A DNA stretch of 63,856 nucleotides, counting the filler, from Reticulomyxa filosa (lineage: Eukaryota; Protista; Foraminifera), in the NCBI GenBank assembly GCA_000512085.1. It is 22 parts of 22 records of this genome, joined end to end, with 100 filler letters (N's around TTAATTAATTAA, not from the genome) between each part and the next. Parts side by side here need not be neighbours in the genome. Positions count along the whole stretch, not along the records: positions 38,548 to 45,112 come from ASPP01011548.1; positions 45,213 to 48,054 come from ASPP01011683.1; positions 48,155 to 51,169 come from ASPP01016729.1; positions 51,270 to 56,932 come from ASPP01001744.1; 18 more parts are not named here. The stretch is one strand, 5' to 3'. Under the pieces are notes generated by a model that was not told the origin of the DNA, searched no databases, and saw only the letters and a program-made list of their open reading frames with translations. The first letter of the stretch is position 1; each line of letters begins with the position of its first letter. Positions 41,901 to 53,729 of the stretch are shown piece after piece. The translations under genes were made by a program, and so were the position numbers.

Positions 41901-42276
41901 GCAGTTATACTCTTGTTGTATTTGTTTGTTGCTTTATTTGATACGAATAATAATAATAATAATAACAATAATAAATAAAAAAAAGTGGGAGAAAAAATTA
42001 AAACAAATCGAATCATTGATGGAATTCGAAAGGAAAAAGAAATTGGATACATTGACTTCATTGACGGAGGAAATCAATTCGTATCGAGTGGCGACTCGAG
42101 TCATGCAACAAGAGATCACTTGGCTGAGGGAACAGACCAACAAACATCCTTTGGACTTGGTCGTTGGGCCTTGGGATATAAACGTGACTAAATTGTATAG
42201 TCCTTGCAAAAACAGAAGAAGGAGTCTTTTGATTGGTTTTTTTTGTTTTGTTTTGTTTTGTTTTGCTTTACTTTGA
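38621..42276 (+). CDS. EF-hand + three SAM domains + coiled-coil protein (multi-exon, 5'-truncated)
   Basis: DAEGEGYVSQED (EF-hand). SAM domains: WKVHQVVHWL…FYEEGIDGDILL (about 39410), WKNEEVAYWL…DGDMLL (about 40290), WTQDEVCFWL…GIDGNIL (about 41425). Confidence 0.85.
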
Positions 42277-42853
42277 TTTGTCTTGCTTTTTTTCTGACAA
42301 TTTTCACTATTGTGTCACTCATTATTGATTTTGTTTATTGTCCTACATTGCAAACTTTTTTTTGGATGTGTATGTTTTTGTCATGTATTAAATCGGGTTT
42401 TTTTTTGTACCCACGTTTTTCTTTTTTGCTCTGTTTGGTTGTTTTTGTATTGCAGTTGAAGCGGAGAGCATAGAGACTTTTTTGGTTTTACTAGCTCTGT
42501 GCGGAAACTGGTGGCAAAAACAAAGGGGGGGGTTGTAATTTTTGTAATCTTTGTCCCTTCCCCTCCCCCCCCCTCTCCAAACAGCAAAACACAAAGCCAC
42601 TCTTTTGTCCTATCAGTATTGTCCTGAAATGTTGATAAACCAAGCCAAATATCTATTGATATAATACCTTCACTGTGTGATGTTGCTTCTCTGTAAACAC
42701 GATTGCCCAAATTACTCACTTGTTGATAAAAATCAAAAGACAAAAACTGTACATTTGGAAACTAAAACAAAGGGGACAGTTTACAGGGGATTTTTATGTT
42801 AAAAAATTTGTGAGTTTCAATTTCTTTATCCAATATCTAGTAACTAGACAAAA

Positions 42854-43749
42854 ATGCCAAAGAATAAAGGTATGTTAAAGCAATATTAACAGAGGGAAGG
42901 GAATAATTTGTAAAATTTGCTTTTTGTTTGACGATGGAACAGGTAAAGGAGGAAAGAGTAGACGGCGAGGCAAAAATGACAGTAATGAGCAATACGTGAG
43001 TCGACGAAAAAAAAAATGGAAAAACAGCTTTTGTGTCTGACAACTTACAACAACACAATGAACTGGCCCTGTCCATGTACAATATATAATAGAGCAAACG
43101 TGAGTTGCGCAGCAAAGATGAAGGAGAGGAATACGCACAAGTAATAAAAATGCTCGGAAATGGACGTCTCGAAGCATTTTGTTATGATGGCAAAACCAGA
43201 CAGTGCAGAATAAGAGGTTATCCTTTTGTGCCTAATTTATTTATTTCCTCCCTCTTATCAAAAGAAAAAAAAATCAACTCTGGCCGGGAAAGCGGAAGCA
43301 CAATCTTTTTTTTTTTTAAAAAAAATTGCTTATTTAATTAAAAAATTATGAAAAAGGGGACCATCAACAAAAAACTCTTTTGGGGGGTTGGAAAAAAAAT
43401 TGCAGGCAAATTACAAAAAAAAGTATGGATTAATAAAGATGACATAATATTGGTCAGTTTGAGAGATTTTGAAGATGGTAAATGTGACGTGATTTATAAA
43501 TACACTCCTGACGAAATTGCCCAACTCAAAAAAAGTGGTAAATTACCTACTAAAGGTACGTATTGTTAGGCTTAGGCCTGAACGAGAGCTCACTTTTTCT
43601 ATTTATTTGGTTTGTTACGAGACAAAATAAACAATAATATGTCCTAACTGTACAAACATATATTTGCAATAGCATCCATCAATGATGAAAATGAACGTGA
43701 AAATGCAAGTGATGAAGAAGACATTGGATTCACTTTCGAGGAACTTTAA
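42854..43749 (+). CDS. EIF1A: Translation initiation factor eIF1A (5 exons)
   Basis: [17 protein letters not shown]…[21 protein letters not shown]…[11 protein letters not shown]…[12 protein letters not shown]…YTPDE…FTFEEL*. Confidence 0.97.
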
Positions 43750-44189
43750 CACATTGTTTGCGGGTTATTTTTTTAAGCTTGAACCGACTTTTGTTTTTTG
43801 TTTTCACATTTTTTTTTTTTTGGTGGGAACAATTGATCTTTTCCTTTGAAATTGAAACTCATTTTCGGAACATTCGTCTATTTATTCATGTTCCTTCAAA
43901 AACTTTCCCGTTTATATTATTAACAGTTGATTATTATCCTACTCGCAATATTCGTCTTTTTCAAAAAAAATATACAGCTTTAGGGAAGAGTTTAATGCAT
44001 TTTGATTTTGCGATTGGTATCACAAATGTTTCGTAAAAGAATAATTTGTTCATTTTTTAAAAAAAACACCTAAAAAAAAGATTGTGTATCAAGACAATTG
44101 AAAACTAAAGACTGATCAATGCTATTATGTGCAAAAACTGGAAAGCTTGTATGAAAAAAGGTAAGCAAAACGTTCAGAATCATTGACAA

Positions 44190-44987
44190 ATGACGACGGA
44201 CCAAAAAGCGCCTTTGAGCACATCACTTTTTCATGAACTCGACAAAGTGGGACATATATGCATAGCAAAGTATTCATATAGACCGGACTCAACAAATCAG
44301 TTGAGTCTAGACATGGGCGACATAATAACAATTCAAGAGAAGAGCAGCAATAGTTGGTGGTATGGGGAATGTAATGGTCGGTTTGGTTATTTTCCAACCA
44401 ATTACGTGTTGATAATGAACGACAACACAGTCGACGAGCTGGTAGCATCCGAGCGTATCCAAGTGACCAACAAGCAGTTGGTCGAAGTGAATGCTGATCC
44501 AGACAAGAATCAAGACAGCGATTACTTTCAAGGATATTCAGGACTGGTAAGAAGAGAGAGAGAGAAATAATTGTTGTTGTTATTGTTGTTGAAAAGAGTT
44601 TTTTGATTGGGTGCCAAGATGAGAGAAAAAAAAGGGGTTGAAAGATAACAAAGTTGCGAAAACAACCAAACAGCGAATCCATCACGAGATGTTATCGGAC
44701 GATGTTCGAACAGCAGCGTACAAGAAGGCGATAGAAACATTGCGGCCATACATTGAAGGGAAGATTGTAATGGACGTAGGATGTGGTACTGGTGTGTTGT
44801 CAATATTTGCGGCCAAAGCCGGGGCAAAGCATGTGTACGCGATCGAAGCAAGTGAGATGGCGAATCAAACGCGCAAAATTGTTCGCGACAATCACCTGAC
44901 GGGACTTATCAGCATCGTCAAAGGCAAGTTAGAGACGATTTTCCTACCTGTTGAAAATGTCGATGTTATTGTCAGCGAATGGATGGG
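44190..44987 (+). CDS. SH3 domain + protein arginine methyltransferase (PRMT2-like architecture), 3'-truncated
   Basis: SH3: AKYSY…QLSLDMGDII…WWYG…GYFPTNYV. Then YFQGYSGL|RIHHEMLSDDVRT…MDVGCGTGVLS…VDVIVSEWMG. Confidence 0.92.
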
Positions 44988-45073
44988 TGTGTCCATTTTC
45001 GTTTTTTTTTTTTTTTTTACGTTCACGTGTTATTTCTTATATGTTGTTTATTATTGTATCGATTGAATTGACC

Positions 45074-45112
<39 letters not shown>

Positions 45113-45212
45113 NNNNNNNNNNNNNNNNNNNNNNNNNNNNNNNNNNNNNNNNNNNNTTAATTAATTAANNNNNNNNNNNNNNNNNNNNNNNNNNNNNNNN
45201 NNNNNNNNNNNN

Positions 45213-47029
45213 TTTACGCTTGTGTCTACAGCAAAAGTGATGGAATTAGAGGAGGACAGCGAAGACACTTCGGTCGTGAATCCATTTTGAACTTGGAAGA
45301 TCTTCAATCGAATGGATGAATTTGTTTTCTTTTCCTCTGCATCATCTTCGACAAACCGGACAAAGCTTTGCAGCCCATTCAAGCACTCGGAGGGTCCGGC
45401 ATACGTCAATGAACAATACACGATATCGACGAGATGCATCCCTGTCGGAAAGGGATGCATCGTGTTTTGCTGTTGTTGTTGTTCATGTACACGCGCTTGC
45501 AAATACTCCAAGCTTTTGATAGGAATGAACTGCAATGACGCTTTCGGATTGCCATAGCCGTGAATGCCTGTCTTGACAAACTGGATCATTTTGCTTCGGA
45601 ACGAGTCACTCACATTATGCGCACGCATTAGCAGTTGCGACAAATACATGTTGTAATAATACGTATTCCTCGCCGTCAGCCAACTGTCGTTGCGGGGTAC
45701 GTATCTCCCATCCACACTCACATTCGTCGCCGTCGTCGTCCCTATTGTTGCTGTTGCTGTTGTCGTTGTCATTGTGGTGGCTGTTATGCCATTCCATTGC
45801 AAATACAAGTCTTGGAGGTCACTGCTGTCAGCATTCGAACTTGACTCTGCTGCATCTGCTTTGCACAGAGGATTGGCATACGTAAATTCGCTCAACTCTT
45901 TATAATTGGTCCATATGCCGCTGTCGACTTGCACACGTGGGACCTTGCACTTTTCAAGAGCAATGCGGTTGGCCACGTCGATCAGCAAAGCTGTTCCATC
46001 CGATTTCTTTACTTGCACTTGTTTCTCTTTTATTTGTGTGGGTTCTGGTTCTACTTTAATGTATGAAATTTCATAATCCAATTTATTTTCACTCAGGCTT
46101 TTCGCAGTGATGAGCCTCCGATTACTTATCTCCGGTGCCTCCAATTGGGCGTGCTCGTATTTTGCTTCGTCCGTCTGAACGTGCTTCATCAACATGCACT
46201 CGCTTGCCAAAATGAACTCCTTCAAATAGAGCCACTCCGATGTGTCTTCGCCAAACGTGTTGGATTGCAGCGTCTCGGTTATCTTGGCGACCACGGCATT
46301 CTTCAAAACACTGGGCTGGTCGGAGTTGCACTGCGCTTCGAACCAAAGACACAAAAAGAGCAGCTCATTCAACACCGGCTTGCTTTGCGCGATCAATTTC
46401 ACCATTGTCTGACTCAGCGCCGACATCACATCATTCGCGTTATTGGGTCTCATACTGTGCACTTTTAACGTCTCTTGCAAAAACTCTACAAACATCTCAC
46501 TTTGTGATTGCAATTTTCCAAACCGTTTGGCGAGGTCTTGTTCACGTTTTGTTTGAGGAGTTTTCTTTTTTTAAAAAAAAAAAAATTTCAATAATAATAA
46601 TAATAATAATAACTTATTATAGTTTATATATACATATACACATATATATATATATATGTATATGTATATATAAAACTATAATGGGTTATTATTGTTTGCG
46701 TATACGTATGTAAACCTGATAGGCGGTTAAAGCGGCAATTATTGGAGTGTTTTTTTGCGACAGGGCGGTTTGCAATATGTCCGTGATGTCGAGATGTGGA
46801 CAGTGTGCCAGCCAAAAGCGCAGAGCGGAGAGATTCCCATTTTCACAATACGTTCGCAGCATCGACTGCAATTCGGACTCTCGATCGAATGCAAACTTGT
46901 GTCGAAATGTCTCAAAAAATGACTCTGCTTTGTGGGGCTTGTTGTCTCGCAAATACAACTCCAATTTTCGAATGAACCATGTCTTTTTTTTTTTAAAGAA
47001 AAAAAAATAAAAGAAAAGAGGTGCACGAA

Positions 47030-47060
<31 letters not shown>

Positions 47061-47547
47061 CAGAGTGGCATTTTACATTTATCGAATCTTGTCTTTGCTC
47101 CAATTCTTTCTGCAAAACATCTTTTTCTTCGTTGGCAATATCCCTAAAAACATCATTGTACGGGCGCAAACATATCGCGTACACATCCTTCTATCCAAAA
47201 AAAAAAAGACAAAACGGAGTGGTATTGAATCCCAAATTATAATAATTGAAATGGTCTTCAATTAACGCTATGTCAAACACGCTGGAGTCGGACACTAGTG
47301 TATCACGGCTCTCAGAATTTTGTATCATCCAATGCCATTGCTCATCTTTGTAGACTTCTGTATCTTTTTGGATTATCATCGGTGGTTTTAATGCTATTTG
47401 CTTAATCAGATTCTCATTAAGATAAACATTCCCGTTCTTCTTCAGCTGATACTTCACTTTTTCATTTGTTGAGCTGTCCTTCGCTGTCCATGTATACAGA
47501 GTTTCTACAATAACTGGATCATTTTCTTTTTCTTCAAGTTGTTGCAT
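45213..47547 (-). CDS. Large multi-exon hypothetical protein with a degenerate RelA/SpoT-like nucleotidyltransferase region, 3'-truncated
   Basis: Four exons. PIKSLEYLQARV…HLVDIVYCSLTY…IFQVQNGF near the truncated end. Confidence 0.6.
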
Positions 47548-48154
47548 CTTCAAAATTTAGAAACTATGTTACAAGTGCTTTTTTTTTTTTGAACAAGCAC
47601 TTTACGGTCCTTTAGGAAATATCCTTTTCATCGCTCAATGTTTAAGACAGTTTTCCTAATAGTTGAAAAAAATGCAAATTTCGGAAATAGCAGTTTGCAA
47701 TTTGTGGAAAAATTTAAAAAACGAGGAAAAAAAAGGAGGTAACTTCGTAACACAAGTTTTGACAAAAAATTGATATTCGAAAACCTCTTGAGGAAATTGT
47801 TGGAATAATTAGGTAGCAGAGAGCATGAAAAAGACAATCAAAACGGAAGAGAAAGATATAATAGAAACAAAGGTGCTACCAACGAAAAGTTTGAAAGAGG
47901 CAGCTGGACAAAAGCTAGTGCAATCGTTTCAAAGACTGCCTTTGGAAGGACTGTCTGAAGACAAAGGCCATTATTTCTTAGCGTTTATCCGGTGAGCAAA
48001 GCAAACTAAGACAACTCAAAAAAAAAAAAAAAAAAAAGAGTTTAGAATAAGTAANNNNNNNNNNNNNNNNNNNNNNNNNNNNNNNNNNNNNNNNNNNNTT
48101 AATTAATTAANNNNNNNNNNNNNNNNNNNNNNNNNNNNNNNNNNNNNNNNNNNN

Positions 48155-49013
48155 TTTCATCCATAACATACACACTCTTCCTACATTCCAATATCTTGTT
48201 TTATATCTATTTAAAATGATTGATTATATCATTTATATATTTACATTATTTGTTTTATTAACAACAACAAAATAAACACGTACATGATTTGTTTATTGAT
48301 CCACCATTTATAACATTTCCACAGATTTAATAATTGAGTCTTATTATACCAATTATCATTATTTTCTTTTTTGAATCCAATGAATTGTAAATTTTTTTGC
48401 ATACTTATTAATACTTGATAAAAATCCGCACATAATGTATGACATTTTTGGGATAAATAGTTGTATAAAGCTTGCTTGTGAATTTGACGATATTTGATAT
48501 GCTTAGTATATTTCAAAATATTCCACAAAATATGCAAACACATTTCTCGAATTATTTTTAATTTATTTTCTTCTTGAGACATATTACAATCATTTTTTGT
48601 TTTATTCTGCGGTAATGTATACATTTTATACGCTTAACTCATTTAAGTTGGAAGTTGCACATATCTCCATTAATTTCATATGAGTGTTAACAAGAATTGA
48701 TTGCAATTTCTCCATGTTTGTGATATTGCCGTTTTTTCAAGTTGCGTGCCAAAAGATTCAAATAAATTCATTAAATATTATTGTTGTTGTAAAGTTGTAC
48801 TGTATCAAAATATATAATGCAATAATTGTCGAAAAAGCATAATGACCATCTATGAAAAGAAAGAAAATATGTAGAAATGTATTATTACGTGTTCTCTGTC
48901 AGCCAAGTTAAGACATCCTTTGTCTTGTCAACATTTTCATAACATAGCTTCCATGCTTTTAAGACAACCTCTTCATCTATGTTGGGGAACGTTTATTGAA
49001 GTTGTGCAAGCAT
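48155..49013 (-). pseudogene. CUE/UBA-like + PUB-like lineage-specific family member, disrupted
   Basis: MLAQLQ*TFPNIDEEVVLKAW (CUE-like, with a stop); LHILWNILKY…IKYRQI…LQFIGF (PUB-like). Confidence 0.6.
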
Positions 49014-51269
49014 GATAATGATGATGTAAACTTCAAAGCAAACCCTTTTTTTTTTTTTAAGGTTCAGAAACTTGCTTTAGAAATTTACAAAGCCCATTGA
49101 TGGATAAAAAACATGAATGAGCCATCTTTGCAACTCATGAAAAAGGGTTGTCCCCAATTGTAGACTGACTGGTGCCATTGTAATCTTTTATCACAAGCAT
49201 GGAATCCATTAAACTGTCTATTGTTTATTGTTTTTTTTTTTTGAGGTTGGATAGTTTAAACAACAAAACTTTAAATCCCTCGTATGATTACCACGTATAT
49301 GTCGCATACACGAATCAAACTCTGTGCTTGTTTGTTTCTTGTTTAATCATTGTCTGTTCTTGTGGTTATGAATAAGTAAAAACAGACGTTCTTTGAGTAT
49401 TTGAGTTTTCATTCTCATATTTCTAGAGTTGTTTTTGAAGTATAGAAGGCCAAAAAGACTGCCAACTCATTGCCTCTTTCATTAAAATTACAATAGTAGT
49501 AATGGAAAAAGACGCAACTAAATCAATTGATGAAGAGATTTTACGTCAGTATCAAATTGGATATGATCAAAGTCAGAAAACTATCAATTGTGGAGATGAT
49601 AATGTGGAGCACAGATACAATATAATAAATGTATCAAAGAGAATAAATATGATGATTATTATAAAAGCAAAAAAGAACAAACTTCGTTTTTAGAATTTGT
49701 AGAGTTTGCTGTAATATTACCGAAAGAAAAATTGAAAAATCACGTTGTTATTTACAATTTGACGAATTTATATCGTATGTGTGGCGTTAAATTTAATTGT
49801 CAGATTTAATGTAAGTTATTGTAATTTGTCAATGATCTTTTGTGTTTTTGTAGTATATGCTGACAGTTTAATTATGGAATTTGTGCTATCGAAATGGCTT
49901 TAACAAGTAATTTATTTTAATAGTTGAGTTAATTTTTTAGTATTGTTTGTGAGTTATGTTAAATCCATAAAAGATTTTTAAATTGTTTAGTACTGCTAAT
50001 ACGAATGAAAGATAAGTTAGATACAAGCAGTCAGTGGCGATTTTAATGAGTTTGATAACACAATTGTTAGTGTGCCTCCCAATTAGAGGTTGGTACTTTT
50101 CCTCGATTTAGTTGAAATGACATAATTCTCTTACATGCGTTGAAGGTGTTTTGGAAATCAATTTTGATGGACTCAATCTCTTAATAAAATAACATTACTT
50201 TGAGCCATTGAGAAGATCTTTATGCTCTCTTTGATGTTAATTCATAATAGATTGGCCTATTGCATGCATTTCGTTCATGTGCTTCGCTGTAATTATCGTC
50301 CCCGCTGATTTATGAAAAATAAATCAATTTCTGTAGTGATAATTATAATGAGACTTCTTGTATGCAATTAGGATAGTATATTTCATTCAATTACCTTAGA
50401 CAATTAGTAAATGCGTTTGATTCAATTTGGAAGGACAAAATATCCATCAAATGTTGAACTGAAAAAAGATCCACTCTACCTGCAAACGTCAGCACAAGCT
50501 TGTCTAACCTTTTCCATTTCAATAAGTATGTGCTTGACAATGAAAGAAAGGCCGACTTCTGCTGCTGGATCATTAAATTAGACTAAATCTGGAAATTCGT
50601 CAGTTAAATGGTTTTGTTAAAGAAATACTACACTGCTGTTGCAACTTCAACTAATTTGCTAATGATAACATAATTAACACCTAATCGAATACGTTCAACA
50701 ATAACACCAGACGCAAAATTTACACAATTACAGAATAAAAAAAAATTTGTCAATAATTAGATGTCGTTTTTATTTGAAATATTTAAAAAGAACCAAAACA
50801 ATCAATGCAAATTGTCACATAATAAAAATAAAACTTAACAAATATGCAATCAACGTTGGAATTACTCCGCAAACAAATAAACAATCGTCAAATTCACTTT
50901 GCAACAAATCAACAAATTTTCACAAATCAATAGGAAAAAAATTGCACTAACGCACTGACTTGACTTGCATACTTCAATTATATATTTCATTTTTCTATGC
51001 TTTAAACTAATGAAAATAATTCTAAAAAATTACGCTTTACGCACAAAAAAACATGTTTACTTAGTTCATGTATAATTCAAAACACTAAGAGATATGACGC
51101 ATCGCTCTCATTTTTGCAATCCGTTCATACGTAGAATAAAGTTTTACTCGATACGGTTGAGATTTCAAANNNNNNNNNNNNNNNNNNNNNNNNNNNNNNN
51201 NNNNNNNNNNNNNTTAATTAATTAANNNNNNNNNNNNNNNNNNNNNNNNNNNNNNNNNNNNNNNNNNNN

Positions 51270-51432
51270 AATAAAGAAAATTAGCAACAAAAAAAAATTT
51301 TAATATTTAAAAACTACAAGATTAGTAGATATTAAAAAAAAATTAGGTTTAAATCTTTATTTTTCATGGAGAAAATCGATTCTCTTCATATAGTGCCATT
51401 TAGGTATTGCGGTTTTTTTTGCAATCTACTGT
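51270..51432. mobile_element. Tc1-like element terminus
   Basis: Near-identical to 9351-9518; ends GCAATCTACTGTA. Confidence 0.8.
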
Positions 51433-51969
51433 ATTTGGGCAAAAAATTTTCCAACAAATATTTTTAAAAAAAGGTCCATATGTCAAATTAACAAACTCCA
51501 GTTCTTGGCTTTCTTTTTCTATTGTCGTAAATGCAATCAACTGCAAAAGATCTCCTAAAATGAACATACAAACATTCAAAAATTCCAAATTTTTGTTAAT
51601 TATGAACTCTATTTTTAAATCACTGGTTGTATTTTATGTCAATTCTTTTTTGTAAGGTTCTGTGAAAATGCCAATCTAAAAAATTGTAGTACACTATATT
51701 TCATGCAACTTTACACCGTTTATAGTTAATTTCTGATAAGCAAAATGTTTTTTTGTAAAGTCTCCAACTGTAATAGCAAACCTTTTTAAAGATTCTTTAA
51801 CATTATTTGGATAAAAATTTTAATGTTTATTTCATTATGTCACAATAGTCCATCTTTGTAAAAGTTTTGAAAATAGTCTTTTTCGGGAAAGAAATACAAA
51901 AAAACTTCAAAATTATTATAATCATTTTTCTCTTACTTGTTATTTTTTTTTTGTAGACTTTGAGGAAAA

Positions 51970-52816
51970 ATGCGCGAGGTGATCACACTAGAAGTTGGAA
52001 AAGCGGGCATTTAGCTTGGGAGTGCGCTATGGGAACAATATTGTGCAGAACACCACATCGACAATACAGGTAAGCGTGAAGATAAAAAAGGGCAAGATAA
52101 CTCATTCAAGTATTTTTTGCGCAAGGAGAAAATCTTGAATACTTTCCGAGACTTCTGGACGGTTAAGAAATCTTTTGTATGTGTCCAAACACAACCACAA
52201 CATAAACGAATCGTTTACATCTAAAAAAAAAAAAAAAAATGCAGGTCGACTTGGAACCAAATGTTATTGACGAACTAAAAGTTGGACCATTTGCAAAAAT
52301 GTACAAAGATAAATATTTATTGTCTGGAAATGAAGATGCTGCAAATAATTTTGCACGAGGGTATTACACAGTTGGAAGACAAATGATTGTCAAAGTGAGT
52401 GATAGTTTACGAAAATTAGCAGACAGCTGCGACAATCCCATGGGATTTATGGTTGCTCATAGTGTCGGAGAAGGGACAGGCTTTGGTTTGGGGTCATTGA
52501 TCTTAGAACAACTTGTAGAAGGCTATAAAAAAAAAAAAGGAAAAATAGGACTTGAAATATATCCATCACCAAGCTTGTCCACTTGTGTGGTTGAACCTTA
52601 CAATATTGGTAACACATTTGTTAATGGATTTCACTGAAGTATCGCTGGTATTAGAAAATGAAGCTATTTATAAGCATTTGTCCATTGAAGAAGAAATGCA
52701 AGGAGCAAAGTTTATTGAGGCTCGTGAAGACTTAGCATTTCTAGAAAAAAAATTATATGGATATTGTTGGCAGTTCACCAGAAGATGATGTTAGTGATGA
52801 TGGTGATTATTATTGA
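51970..52816 (+). pseudogene. Divergent alpha-tubulin pseudogene (foraminiferan alpha2-like)
   Basis: MREVITLEVGKAGI*LG, VDLEPNVID, EDAANNFARG, STCVVEPYN, FIEAREDLAFLEK. Has a stop, frameshifts and a large internal deletion. Confidence 0.92.
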
Positions 52817-52949
52817 AGCTTTTTTTGAGTATGTTTTCGATAACATAAAAAAGTTATATTGTTCATCATGTATTTGAAGTGATAAAATTAATAAACAATT
52901 AAATATTCTACTTCAATGTTTAAAAAATAAATTCTATTATGGATATTAT

Positions 52950-53300
52950 ACTCGTGCCTCATGTTTAGATATACTTGAAATAATATTATCGAATTTTAAA
53001 GACAAACAAATAGATGATATATTTGAATTTTTGATAGATGGACTTGATAATAAAGATCGTGATATTGTTATTTCATCTTTGAAAGAAATTTAAATAATAT
53101 CATTTAGACTAAATAAAAATATAGATTCTGTGATAGTATAAAAAAAAATGGAAAAACAATTATTGACTAATGTATATAAACTTTTGATAATAAATTTAAT
53201 TTTGATGAAAATATTATTAATGTATGTATCAAAATACATAAAACTATTGTAATGAAATTGGATGATAAACAATTGCGTTTGTTAGTCAATAATTTTTAAA
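52950..53300 (+). pseudogene. HEAT-repeat family relic
   Basis: FKDKQIDDIFEFLIDGLDNKD…KLDDKQL with stops. Confidence 0.5.
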
Positions 53301-53629
53301 AATATTTAATGATGTGTATGTGATACAACGTAATAGAGTAAATTTAATATTATCAAACTTATCGTTTTGTTAAGCGCACAAAAAATAAACTTCATACATT
53401 AACAAAAAACAATCGAAAAAATAAAAATTAGTTTCCAAAGGACAAACACTCCATGTGCGTTATAAAAGTATCACAATCTAAAACAACAAATCTTTGGGTA
53501 TAACTTTTCACTTTTAATCATAAAAAAGGTAGTCCATCTGCTACACATCACACAAAAAGCAAAACAAAAACAGTATTTCCAAGCAATCAAAAAAAGCTAA
53601 AAAATAAAGAACGCTAAAACACAAATTAA

Positions 53630-53729
53630 AAAAAATGAATCGGTGAAAAAAACCAAAAAAAATAAAACTATATGTCAGTCTGACATATAGTTTTATTTTT
53701 TTCTGGTCTTTCATCTGTTCATTTTTTTT
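53630..53729. repeat. Long inverted repeat (fold-back)
   Basis: Perfect 23-bp arms (53656-53678 / 53680-53702) around a single T; imperfect pairing extends to about 50 bp per arm. Confidence 0.9.

Noticed and set aside
50150-50720. Coding-like minus-strand stretch
   Set aside because: Multiple stops and no assignable family.
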